Shown: in pieces, positions 17,569 to 26,071 of the stretch | Layout of the letters: each line of letters starts with the position of its first letter | How positions within the stretch are numbered: position 1 is the stretch's first letter | DNA from: an uncultured Lentisphaerota bacterium | GTDB lineage: Bacteria > Verrucomicrobiota > Kiritimatiellia > RFP12 > UBA1067 | DNA: 64,000 nt | NCBI GenBank assembly: GCA_900320225.1 | Contig: ONRL01000003.1 | Coordinates: 48,509-112,508 of the forward strand | Reading direction: 5' to 3' | Made by a program: the position numbers and the translations under genes | Notes under the pieces: generated by a model | What the model saw: the letters and a program-made list of their open reading frames with translations, nothing else | What the model was told of the DNA's origin: nothing | The model's database searches: none

Positions 17569-17762
17569 CCTTTGTCTTTTGTCCTTTGTCCTCCCGACTT
17601 TGTCTTTTGTCTTCTGTCTTCTGTCCTGAAGGGGAAAGAGGACAGAGGACAAAGGACAGAAGACAAAGGATGGGACAGAGAACAAAGGACAGAGGACAAA
17701 GGATGAGACGAGAGGACAGAGGACAGAAGACAAAGGACAGAGGACAAAGGACCTTGGACTTT
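17569..17762. repeat. CT-rich arm, short loop and extended GGACARAG-word tract after the four-helix-bundle gene
   Basis: CCTTTGTCTTTTGTCC... 17569-17626 is complementary in type to the GA arms. Local hairpin with 17640-17670. Ends in GGACAAAGGACCTTGGAC. Confidence 0.75.
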
Positions 17763-17775
17763 GGGCCCTAAAATG

Positions 17776-17784
17776 TGGTATACT
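17776..17784 (+). promoter_or_regulatory. extended -10 promoter (TGgTATACT), 7 nt before fnlA ATG 17792
   Basis: The spacing implies a leaderless or near-leaderless mRNA. Confidence 0.5.
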
Positions 17785-17791
17785 ATAACCC

Positions 17792-18811
17792 ATGTTTGAC
17801 GACAAAGTGCTTTTGATTACCGGCGGGACGGGTTCGTTCGGCCACGCCGTGCTGCAGCGGTTCATCAACGACTTCCGCGAGATCCGCATCTTCTCCCGCG
17901 ACGAGAAGAAGCAGGACGACATGCGCCACGAGCTGCAGAACGACAAGGTGAAGTTCTACATCGGCGACGTGCGCGACCGCGCGAGCGTGGACGGCGCGAT
18001 GCGCGGCGTCGACTTCGTGTTCGCCGCAGCCGCCCTCAAGCAGGTGCCGAGCTGTGAGTTCTTCCCTCTTGAGGCCGTGCGCACAAATGTGATTGGCACG
18101 AACAACGTGATTGAGAGTGCCGTCGCGAACGGCGTCTCCCGCGTGGTGGTGCTCTCCACCGACAAGGCCGCCTACCCCATCAACGCGATGGGGATGTCCA
18201 AGGCCCTCATGGAGAAGGTCGCCATCGCCAAGGGACGCGCCCTCGGCCCGAACGCCCGCACCACGATCTGCTGCACGCGCTACGGCAACGTGATGGCGAG
18301 CCGCGGGAGCGTGATCCCGCTCTTCATCGAGCAGATCAAGGCCGGCAAGGACATCACCGTGACCGATCCCGAGATGACGCGCTTCATGATGACCCTCGAG
18401 GAGGCCGTGGACCTCGTCCTCTTCGCCTTCGAACACGGCGTGAACGGCGACCTCTTCGTGCAGAAGTCCCCCGCGGCCACGATCGGCGTCCTCGCCCAGG
18501 CCATCCTCGAGCTGAGCGGGTCGAAGTCGAAGATGCAGGTGATCGGCACGCGCCACGGCGAAAAGAAGTTCGAGACGCTCGTGACGCGCGAGGAGATGGC
18601 CAAGGCGATCGACATGGGCGCCTACTACCGCATCCCCGCCGACACGCGCGACCTCAACTACGACAAGTACTTCGTCGAGGGCCGCACGATCGCGCCGACG
18701 GTCGAGGACTACGACTCGAACAACACCGAGCGCCTGGACGTGCCGGGGATGAAGAAGCTTCTCCTGAAGCTCGCGTGCGTGCGCGAGGCGTTCGGCCTTG
18801 ACAACGCATAA
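17792..18811 (+). CDS. fnlA: UDP-N-acetylglucosamine 4,6-dehydratase/5-epimerase (CapE/FnlA/WbjB)
   Basis: Near-colinear similarity to S. aureus CapE as recalled: MFDDK.LLITGGTGSFG...IFSRDEKKQDD...FYIGDVRD...AAALKQVPSCEFFP...STDKAAYPINAMG.SKA.MEK. Confidence 0.9.
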   Translation: MFDDKVLLITGGTGSFGHAVLQRFINDFREIRIFSRDEKKQDDMRHELQNDKVKFYIGDVRDRASVDGAMRGVDFVFAAAALKQVPSCEFFPLEAVRTNVIGTNNVIESAVANGVSRVVVLSTDKAAYPINAMGMSKALMEKVAIAKGRALGPNARTTICCTRYGNVMASRGSVIPLFIEQIKAGKDITVTDPEMTRFMMTLEEAVDLVLFAFEHGVNGDLFVQKSPAATIGVLAQAILELSGSKSKMQVIGTRHGEKKFETLVTREEMAKAIDMGAYYRIPADTRDLNYDKYFVEGRTIAPTVEDYDSNNTERLDVPGMKKLLLKLACVREAFGLDNA

Positions 18812-18826
18812 GGGAGGTCGGCCGTC

Positions 18827-19948
18827 ATGCGCGTGTTGGTGACCGGGGCGAAGGGGTTCGTGGGGAAGAACCTGTGTCTGGCGCTCGGGCGGATGGAGGG
18901 CGTGGAGGTCCTGCGCTACGACCTCGGCAACACGCGTGCGGAGCTGGAGGAATGGGCGGGGACGTGCGACTTCGTGTTCCACCTCGCGGGCGTGAACCGT
19001 CCGAAGGACCCCGCCGAGTTCGCGAAGGGCAACACCGGCTTCACCGAGGAGCTGTTGGCGCTTCTCGCGCGCCGTCCCGTGCCCGTGCTGCTGAGTTCGA
19101 GCATCCAGGCGGCGCTCGACAACGACTACGGGAAGAGCAAGGCGGCGGCCGAGGAGGCGGTGCGCGCGTACGGCGCGCGCACGGGCGCGCCCGTGTACGT
19201 GTACCGTCTCGCGAACGTGTTCGGCAAGTGGTGCCGCCCCAACTACAACAGCGCCGTCGCCACATGGTGCCACAACCGTGCGCGCGGACGCGACATCCAG
19301 GTGCGCGACCGTGCCGCGACCGTGACGCTTGTCTACATCGATGATGTGGTGAGCGCCTTTACCTCGCGTCTCACGTCTCACGTCTCTTGTCCCCCAGCGG
19401 AAGCATCCTCGATTCTCTCCGTCTCCCCCGCATATACCAAGACGCTGGGCGAGATCGTCGATTTGATCGAGACGTTCGTGGACGAGCCGCGCACGCTCGA
19501 CGTGCCGGACCAGCGGGACGGCTTCGCGAAGAAGCTCTACGCAACCTACCTCAGCTACCTGCCCGAGGACCAGTTCGCCTACCCGCTCACGATGCACTGC
19601 GACAACCGCGGCAGCTTCACGGAAATCCTGCACACGGCCGAACGCGGACAGGTGAGCGTGAACGTGTCGCGTCCCGGCATCACGAAGGGACAGCACTGGC
19701 ACCACACGAAGCACGAGAAGTTCCTCGTGGTGAGCGGCGAGGGGGCGATCCGGTTCCGCAAGATGGACGACCCGTCCGCGCAGGTGATCACGTACCGCGT
19801 GAGCGGCGCGAAGCTGGAGGTCGTGCGTATCCCGCCCGGGTACACGCACAACATTGAGAATCTGGGGACGACGGACATGGTGACGGTGATGTGGGCGAAC
19901 GAGGTGTTCGACCCGCAGCGTCCTGACACGTTCCGCGAGGAGGTGTAA
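18827..19948 (+). CDS. fnlB: CapF/FnlB-type reductase/epimerase (SDR N-domain plus cupin C-domain)
   Basis: Position between fnlA and fnlC. GAKGFVGKNL Rossmann motif, KKLYATYLSYLP and a cupin-like C-terminus, all typical of CapF. Confidence 0.8.
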   Translation: MRVLVTGAKGFVGKNLCLALGRMEGVEVLRYDLGNTRAELEEWAGTCDFVFHLAGVNRPKDPAEFAKGNTGFTEELLALLARRPVPVLLSSSIQAALDNDYGKSKAAAEEAVRAYGARTGAPVYVYRLANVFGKWCRPNYNSAVATWCHNRARGRDIQVRDRAATVTLVYIDDVVSAFTSRLTSHVSCPPAEASSILSVSPAYTKTLGEIVDLIETFVDEPRTLDVPDQRDGFAKKLYATYLSYLPEDQFAYPLTMHCDNRGSFTEILHTAERGQVSVNVSRPGITKGQHWHHTKHEKFLVVSGEGAIRFRKMDDPSAQVITYRVSGAKLEVVRIPPGYTHNIENLGTTDMVTVMWANEVFDPQRPDTFREEV

Positions 19949-19953
19949 AAGAG

Positions 19954-21081
19954 ATGGAGAAGCTGAAGGTCATGACGGTGGTGGGTACGCGCCCGGAGAT
20001 CATCCGCCTCGCGTGCACGCTCAAGGCGCTGGAGGCGAGTCCGGCGATCGACCATGTACTCGTGCACACGGGCCAGAACTACGACTACGAGCTGAACGAG
20101 GTGTTCTTCAAGGACCTTGGCCTGCGCAAGCCCGACCACTTCCTGCAGGCGGCGGGACGCAACGCCACGGAGACGGCGGGGAAGATCCTCGAGGCGATCG
20201 ACCCCGTCCTGGAGGCGGAGAAGCCGGACGCCTTTCTCGTCCTGGGCGACACGAACTCGTGCCTCTGCACGATCGCGGCGAAGAAGCGCCACATCCCGAT
20301 CTTCCACATGGAGGCGGGAAACCGCTGCTTCGACCAGCGCGTGCCGGAGGAGTCGAACCGCAAGATCGTGGACCACATCAGCGACATCAACCTCTGCTAC
20401 AGCGACATCGCCCGCGAGTATCTGCTGCGCGAGGGACTGCCGCCCGACCAGGTGATCAAGACGGGCAGCCCGATGTGCGAGGTGCTCGCCGCGCAGCTGC
20501 CGAAGGTGAAGCGCAGCGCCGCGAAGGTGCTGAAGGCGAACGGCGTCGCGAAGGGGAAGTACTTCGTGGTGAGCGCGCACCGCGAGGAGAACATCGCCGA
20601 GGAACGGCACTTCTTCGGACTCGTCGACGCGCTGAACGAGATTGCGGCGACGTACAAGCTGCCGCTCATCGTCAGCACGCACCCCCGCACGCGCAAGATG
20701 ATCGAGAAGAAGGGCGTGAAGTTCAATCCGCTCGTGCGCCTGATGAAGCCGATGGGCCTCACGGAGTACCTCGCCCTCCAGCTGAACGCGAAGGCGGTGC
20801 TGAGCGACTCGGGCACGATCAGCGAGGAGTCGAGCATCCTCGGGTTCCCGGCGCTCAACCTGCGCGAGGCGCATGAGCGTCCGGAGGCGATGGAGGAGGC
20901 GGCCGTGATCATGACAGGGCTCTCGAAGGAACGCATCCTGCAGGGCCTCGCGCAGCTGACGGTCTGCGGCAAGGTGCGCCAGGTGGCGGACTACTCGATG
21001 CCGAACGTGGGCGAGAAGGTGGTCAAGATCATCCTCTCCTACACCGACTACATCCGCCGTCGCGTGTGGATGGAGGGGTGA
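19954..21081 (+). CDS. fnlC: UDP-N-acetylglucosamine 2-epimerase (non-hydrolysing), CapG/FnlC type
   Basis: VVGTRPEIIRL...HTGQNYDYELN...GDTNS...EAGNRCFD is the WecB-family pattern. Third gene of the fnl operon. Confidence 0.9.
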   Translation: MEKLKVMTVVGTRPEIIRLACTLKALEASPAIDHVLVHTGQNYDYELNEVFFKDLGLRKPDHFLQAAGRNATETAGKILEAIDPVLEAEKPDAFLVLGDTNSCLCTIAAKKRHIPIFHMEAGNRCFDQRVPEESNRKIVDHISDINLCYSDIAREYLLREGLPPDQVIKTGSPMCEVLAAQLPKVKRSAAKVLKANGVAKGKYFVVSAHREENIAEERHFFGLVDALNEIAATYKLPLIVSTHPRTRKMIEKKGVKFNPLVRLMKPMGLTEYLALQLNAKAVLSDSGTISEESSILGFPALNLREAHERPEAMEEAAVIMTGLSKERILQGLAQLTVCGKVRQVADYSMPNVGEKVVKIILSYTDYIRRRVWMEG

Positions 21082-21116
21082 CGCATTTGAGAAAACACGG
21101 CACTAAAGGAGAACAC

Positions 21117-23195
21117 ATGACGGAGAGAATCAAGTCGCTGCTCGACCGCACGTTCGCGAAGGAGCAGAAGAAGTTCCGGCGGGACCATGACTGGAAACCG
21201 CTGCTGGACACGTTCATCGCCGCGAAGGCCAATGACTCCGCGCGCGCCCGCATGGGGCTCGTCGCGATGCTCAAGGCGGAGCAGCCCGCGTTCATGGAGG
21301 GCGAGACGATCGCGTTCCTCCGCACCGTGAAGCAGATCCCCGACCTCCACTCCGACGAGGAGATGGCCGCGTTCCGCGCGGCCGGCACGGCGTTCGGCGA
21401 GAAGGGCGTGGTGTTCAACCTCACGGCCGACTTCGGCCCCACGATCCGCGACGGCCTGCTTGCGCGCATCTCCGAGATGGAGGCTCGCATCGCGCGTTGC
21501 CGCGCCGAGGGCGACGCGGAGGGCGTCACGTTCCTTTCCGACGCGATCCTCTCCACGACGGCCGTCCTCGAGCTCGCGGACCGCTACCGCGCCGCGGCGG
21601 CCGAGCAAGGCTTCACGAAGGTCGCCGAGACGCTCGCCCAGGTGCCCGCGCGCGGCGCGCGCACGTTCCACGAGGCGCTGCAGAGCCTGCGCATCCTCCA
21701 CTACGCGATGTGGTGCGAGGGCGAGTACCACTGCGGCCTCGGGCGCATCGACCAGTACCTCTATCCCTATCTCGAAGCCGACCTCGCGGCGGGGCGTCTC
21801 ACCGAGGAGACCGCCCTTGAGGAGCTCGAGGAGTTCTTCATCGCCTGCAACCGCGACAGCGACCTCTACATTGGCGTGCAGCAGGGCGACAACGGCCAGA
21901 GCGTCATGCTCGGCGGCGTCACGCGCGACGGCAAGCCCGCGTTCAACCTGCTCTCGCGTCTCGCGCTGAAGGCCTGCGGCGAGCTGAAACTCGTGGATCC
22001 CAAGATCAACCTGCGCGTGGACAAGTCCACGCCGATGGAGATCTACGAGCTCGGCACCGAGCTCACGAAGGCGGGCCTCGGTTTCCCGCAGTACGCGAAC
22101 GACGACGTGGTGATCCCCGCGCTCCAGAAGTGGGGCTACGAGCTCGAGGACGCGCGCGACTACTCTGTGGCCGCGTGCTGGGAGTTCCTTATCCCCGGCT
22201 GCGGCATGGACATCAACAACATCGACGCCGTCTCGCTGCCGTCGTGCCTCGACACCGTGATGCGCGGGGAGGGCCGCGCTCCCGCGCGGCCGGAAACCTT
22301 CGACGCGCTGAAGGAATCCCTCCGGGCGGAGATCAACCGCCGCTGCGACGCGCTCCAGGAGAAGTACAAGCATGTGGAGATCTTCCCGGGGCCGTTCGTC
22401 TCCGTAATTTCCACCGGTTGCATCGAGCGGGCGCGCGACCTCTCGAAGGGCGGCAAGTACAACAACTTCGGCATCCACGGCACGGGCATCGCCGTGGCGG
22501 TGGACTCCCTCGCGGCGGTGCGCGAGCTCGTCTTCGAGAAGAAGCTCGTGACGATGGAGGAGCTCGTGCACCTCATGGACACCGATTTCGAGGGCCGTCC
22601 CGACATCCTCGCCGCCGCGCGCCACGCGCCGAAGATGGGCAACGCGGACGCCGCGGCGGACGACATCGCCGTGTGGCTCGTCGCCACGTGGGCGGACGCG
22701 CTCAAGGGCCGCCGCAACGACCGCGGCGGCATCTACCGTCCGGGAACCGGCAGCGCGATGTACTACATCTGGCACGCGAACGAGCTGCCCGCGTCGGCGG
22801 ACGGCCGCCTGAAGGGCCATCCGTTCAGCGCGAACTACGCGCCGTCGCTCGACGTGCCCGTGAAGGGTCCGCTCAGCGTGATCCGTTCCTTCACCGAGCC
22901 CGACCTCGGGCCGGTCTGCAACGGCGGACCGCTCACGATCGAGGTGCACGACAGCGCCTTCCGCGAGCCGGACGGCGTAGAGAAGGTGGCGCAGCTCGTG
23001 AAGTTCTTCGTGGACCGCGGCGGACACCAGCTGCAGATCAACTCCATCAACCGCGAGACGCTCGTGGACGCCCAGGCGCATCCCGAGCGCCACGCGCACC
23101 TCATCGTGCGCGTGTGGGGCTGGAGCGGCTACTTCATCGAGCTCGACAAGCCGTTCCAGGACCAGATCATCAAACGCGTGGAACTGGCGGTCTAA
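21117..23195 (+). CDS. glycyl radical enzyme, PFL2/dehydratase-like family, substrate unknown
   Basis: C-terminal glycyl-radical-like motif LIVRVWGWSGYF, candidate Cys loop AACWEF (Cys-x-Glu), and a PFL2-like N-terminus. AAGGAG SD before ATG 21117. Confidence 0.7.
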   Translation: MTERIKSLLDRTFAKEQKKFRRDHDWKPLLDTFIAAKANDSARARMGLVAMLKAEQPAFMEGETIAFLRTVKQIPDLHSDEEMAAFRAAGTAFGEKGVVFNLTADFGPTIRDGLLARISEMEARIARCRAEGDAEGVTFLSDAILSTTAVLELADRYRAAAAEQGFTKVAETLAQVPARGARTFHEALQSLRILHYAMWCEGEYHCGLGRIDQYLYPYLEADLAAGRLTEETALEELEEFFIACNRDSDLYIGVQQGDNGQSVMLGGVTRDGKPAFNLLSRLALKACGELKLVDPKINLRVDKSTPMEIYELGTELTKAGLGFPQYANDDVVIPALQKWGYELEDARDYSVAACWEFLIPGCGMDINNIDAVSLPSCLDTVMRGEGRAPARPETFDALKESLRAEINRRCDALQEKYKHVEIFPGPFVSVISTGCIERARDLSKGGKYNNFGIHGTGIAVAVDSLAAVRELVFEKKLVTMEELVHLMDTDFEGRPDILAAARHAPKMGNADAAADDIAVWLVATWADALKGRRNDRGGIYRPGTGSAMYYIWHANELPASADGRLKGHPFSANYAPSLDVPVKGPLSVIRSFTEPDLGPVCNGGPLTIEVHDSAFREPDGVEKVAQLVKFFVDRGGHQLQINSINRETLVDAQAHPERHAHLIVRVWGWSGYFIELDKPFQDQIIKRVELAV

Positions 23196-23199
23196 AACT

Positions 23200-23934
23200 A
23201 TGATCATTCTACCAGCAATCGATTTGAAGGGGGGCGTGTGCGTGCGCCTCCGCCAGGGGCGCGCCGACGACGTGACCACCTACAACGACGACCCCGCCGC
23301 GCAGGCGCGCGACTGGCGCGACCAGGGTGGCCGCGAACTGCACGTCGTGGACCTCGACGGCGCCTTCGCCGGCACGCCGCGCCATGCGGACGTGATCCGC
23401 ACGATCATCGCCGCGTTCGGCGGCCCCGTGGAAGTGGGCGGCGGCATCCGCACGCCCGAGACGCTCGCGTCCGTGCTCGCCGCCGGCGCCACGCGCGCGA
23501 TCATCGGCTCGGCGGCGCTCGAGGACTCCGCGTTCCTCACGCGCGCCGTGGATGAGTACGGCGACCGTGTGGCCGTGGGCATCGACGCGCGCGGCGGCTT
23601 CGTGCAGACGCGCGGGTGGGTGACCACCACGCAGGTGAAGGCCGTGGACCTTGCCCGGACCGTGGCCGAAATCGGCGTGAAGACGATCATCTACACCGAC
23701 ACCGCGACGGACGGCATGCTCGGCGGGCCGAACCTCGAGCAGATGGCGGCAATCTGCGACGCCGCGCCGTCCTGCCAGATCACCGCCTCCGGCGGCGTCT
23801 CCTCCCCGCGCGACGTCGCGAACCTCATCGCCCTCGCCCGCCCCAACCTGCGCGCCGCCATCGTCGGCAAGGCGCTCTACGACGGACGCACCACTTTGAA
23901 GGAAATGAACGATGCTGCCGGTTGCAACGCTTGA
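23200..23934 (+). CDS. hisA: ProFAR isomerase (histidine biosynthesis)
   Basis: MIILPAIDLKGGVCVRLRQG...HVVDLDGA...GGGIR...SGGVSS are hallmark HisA motifs. Confidence 0.9.
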   Translation: MIILPAIDLKGGVCVRLRQGRADDVTTYNDDPAAQARDWRDQGGRELHVVDLDGAFAGTPRHADVIRTIIAAFGGPVEVGGGIRTPETLASVLAAGATRAIIGSAALEDSAFLTRAVDEYGDRVAVGIDARGGFVQTRGWVTTTQVKAVDLARTVAEIGVKTIIYTDTATDGMLGGPNLEQMAAICDAAPSCQITASGGVSSPRDVANLIALARPNLRAAIVGKALYDGRTTLKEMNDAAGCNA

Positions 23935-25159
23935 GACGCTGGATAACGGGTTGAAGCTCGTCCTCGTGCCGGACGACCACGTGGAGAGCGCGTGCTTCGG
24001 GCTGTTCGTTGCGAGCGGAAGCCGCCACGAGGGACCGTCCGACGCCGGCATCTCGCACTTCATCGAGCACATGCTCTTCAAGGGTACGAAGAGGCGCACG
24101 GCGCTTGAGATCAGCCAGGCCATCGAGGGCCGCGGCGGGAACTTCAACGCCTACACGAGCGAGGAGGGGACGTGCTTCTACGCCTACCTCCCGTGCGATT
24201 ACCTTTCGACGGCGGTGGACATCATCTCCGACATGTACCTGCATGCGGCGATCCCCGACGCGGAGTTCGCGCGCGAGCGTCAGGTGATCCTCGAGGAGAT
24301 CAAGATGTACGCGGACGAGCCGGATTCGGTGGCGTCCGAGAACCTCTCCCGCGCCCTCTTCCCGAACAACCCGCTTGGTCTACCGATTGCGGGCTCCGCC
24401 ACGACGCTTGACAAGATGACGCCCAAAGGTCTGCGCGCCTACATCCGCAAGGCGTACGTGCCGTCCGCCACCACGGCCGTGGTGGCGGGGCGGTTCGACC
24501 CGGCCGTTGCGCGCGCCCTCGTGGCGGAGGCGCTGGGCGGGCTCGCGAAGGGTGATCCGCTTTCCGTCGTGCCCGTGAAGGCGCGTCCGCGTCCCGTGAA
24601 GGAGGTGCGGGCGGAGCGCGACATCCAACAGGTCCAGCTCGCGCTCGGCTTCCGTACGTTCGGCGTGCGCGCGCCGGCGCGGAAAAAGTACGCGGCGAAC
24701 GTGTTCGACGCCCTGATGGGACGTTCGATGAGTTCGCGCCTCTTCCAGAGCGTACGCGAGAGGCGCGGTCTCAGCTACGACATTCGCTCGCAGCTCCAGT
24801 TTTTCGAGGAGGTGGGCGGCTGGGCCGTGACGGCCGGCCTCGCGTCGGACCGCGTGCCGCAGGCCGTCGAGACGATCGAACGCGAGTTCGCGCGCATCCG
24901 CGCGAAGCGTCCGGGCGCGGCGGAGCTGAAGCGCACGAAGGAGTACCTGGTCGGCAACTTCCGTCTTGGCCTCGAGCAGGTGCGCGCGCGGCTCTTCTAT
25001 TTCGGCAACTGCGTGCAGACGTACGGGCGCATCCTGCCGCCGGACGAGGTCGTGGCCGGCATCGCCGCCGTCACGGCGGACGACGTCCTCGCCGTCGCGA
25101 ACGAAATCCTCGACGACGCGAAGAAGTCCGTTTCCTGGGTGACGCCGAAAGGCCCGTAA
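23912..25159 (+). CDS. M16-family (pitrilysin/insulinase-like) zinc peptidase
   Basis: Inverted zinc motif HFIEH in SHFIEHMLFKGT, and length typical of M16B. Confidence 0.85.
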   Translation: MLPVATLETLDNGLKLVLVPDDHVESACFGLFVASGSRHEGPSDAGISHFIEHMLFKGTKRRTALEISQAIEGRGGNFNAYTSEEGTCFYAYLPCDYLSTAVDIISDMYLHAAIPDAEFARERQVILEEIKMYADEPDSVASENLSRALFPNNPLGLPIAGSATTLDKMTPKGLRAYIRKAYVPSATTAVVAGRFDPAVARALVAEALGGLAKGDPLSVVPVKARPRPVKEVRAERDIQQVQLALGFRTFGVRAPARKKYAANVFDALMGRSMSSRLFQSVRERRGLSYDIRSQLQFFEEVGGWAVTAGLASDRVPQAVETIEREFARIRAKRPGAAELKRTKEYLVGNFRLGLEQVRARLFYFGNCVQTYGRILPPDEVVAGIAAVTADDVLAVANEILDDAKKSVSWVTPKGP

Positions 25160-25217
25160 CGGATGCCCCATGTCCGGTCTGCGGTGAAGCGTGGCTCTCC
25201 CGCACGGGTGGGATTTG

Positions 25218-25226
25218 TGATATACT
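25218..25226 (+). promoter_or_regulatory. extended -10 promoter (TGaTATACT), 6 nt before mlaE ATG 25233
   Basis: Same architecture as at 17776 and 46651. Confidence 0.5.
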
Positions 25227-25232
25227 ACGCGC

Positions 25233-26057
25233 ATGACCATCACCAGAGAGCCTCTGTATGAAGACGCGCCAGCGGGGCGTTTGGCCGCGCTGGGCCGGCA
25301 TGTGGTCGCGTGGTTCGCGAGCATCGGGCAGGCCGTGCGTCTGATGGCGGAGTCGTTCGGCTACCTGCCGGGCACGATTTTCCGCCGCCGCGGACGCGGC
25401 GAGTTCATGAAGCAGCTCTACTCCACGGGCATCCGCACCCTGCCCGTGATCACGGTGGTGGGCCTGTTCGCCGGAATGATCCTCGGCCTGCAGGTGGGCC
25501 TCGCCCTGCGTCGGTTCAACCAGGAGGTGTACCTCGGCGCGGCGGTGATGATTTCGCTCATCCGCGAGATGGGTCCGTTCGTGACGGGCATCTGCCTCTC
25601 GGCGTGCGTGGGCAGCGCGATGGCGGCCGAGCTCGGCACGATGACGGTGAACGACGAGGTGGCCGCTCTTGAGATCATGTCGATCCCGCCGGTCCGCTTC
25701 CTCGCGGCGCCGCGCATGGGCGGGCTTCTCGTGATGTCGCCCCTGCTTGCGTTCTACGCCTGCGTGCTCGGCGTGGTGGGCGGCGGCGTGGTGGGCTACA
25801 CGCAGTTCAACGTGTCGTTCAGCCAGTACATGTCGAGCGCGATGTCGATGGCGGAGCTGAAGGACCTCTTCGTGGGGCTCCTGAAGGCGACGGTGTTCGG
25901 CGTGGTGATCTGCACGGTCTCGTGTCATCAGGGCTTCACCACGCGGATGGGCGCGGTGGGCGTGGGACGCGCCACGCAGCGCAGCGTGATCATCTCCTTC
26001 CTGCTGATCCTCATGTTCGGCTACATGATCACGCGGATGTTCTATTTGGAGTTCTGA
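25233..26057 (+). CDS. mlaE: MlaE-family ABC transporter permease
   Basis: Multi-TM protein with MlaE-like segments (LPVITVVGLFAGMILGLQ..., AAELGTMTVNDEVAALEIMSI). No mlaF or mlaD adjacent. Confidence 0.75.
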   Translation: MTITREPLYEDAPAGRLAALGRHVVAWFASIGQAVRLMAESFGYLPGTIFRRRGRGEFMKQLYSTGIRTLPVITVVGLFAGMILGLQVGLALRRFNQEVYLGAAVMISLIREMGPFVTGICLSACVGSAMAAELGTMTVNDEVAALEIMSIPPVRFLAAPRMGGLLVMSPLLAFYACVLGVVGGGVVGYTQFNVSFSQYMSSAMSMAELKDLFVGLLKATVFGVVICTVSCHQGFTTRMGAVGVGRATQRSVIISFLLILMFGYMITRMFYLEF

Positions 26058-26071
26058 TCCGGAGAAAAAAC

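Noticed and set aside
17783-19849. A 688-aa antisense ORF, and similar long antisense or alternate-frame ORFs (13685-14965, 21048-23279, 33109-36324, 43048-46314, 53825-55147, 55006-56700).
   Set aside because: These are typical stop-poor shadow frames of high-GC DNA: Arg/Ala/Gly/Pro-rich with no motifs. The opposite or alternate frame carries clearly recognisable proteins.
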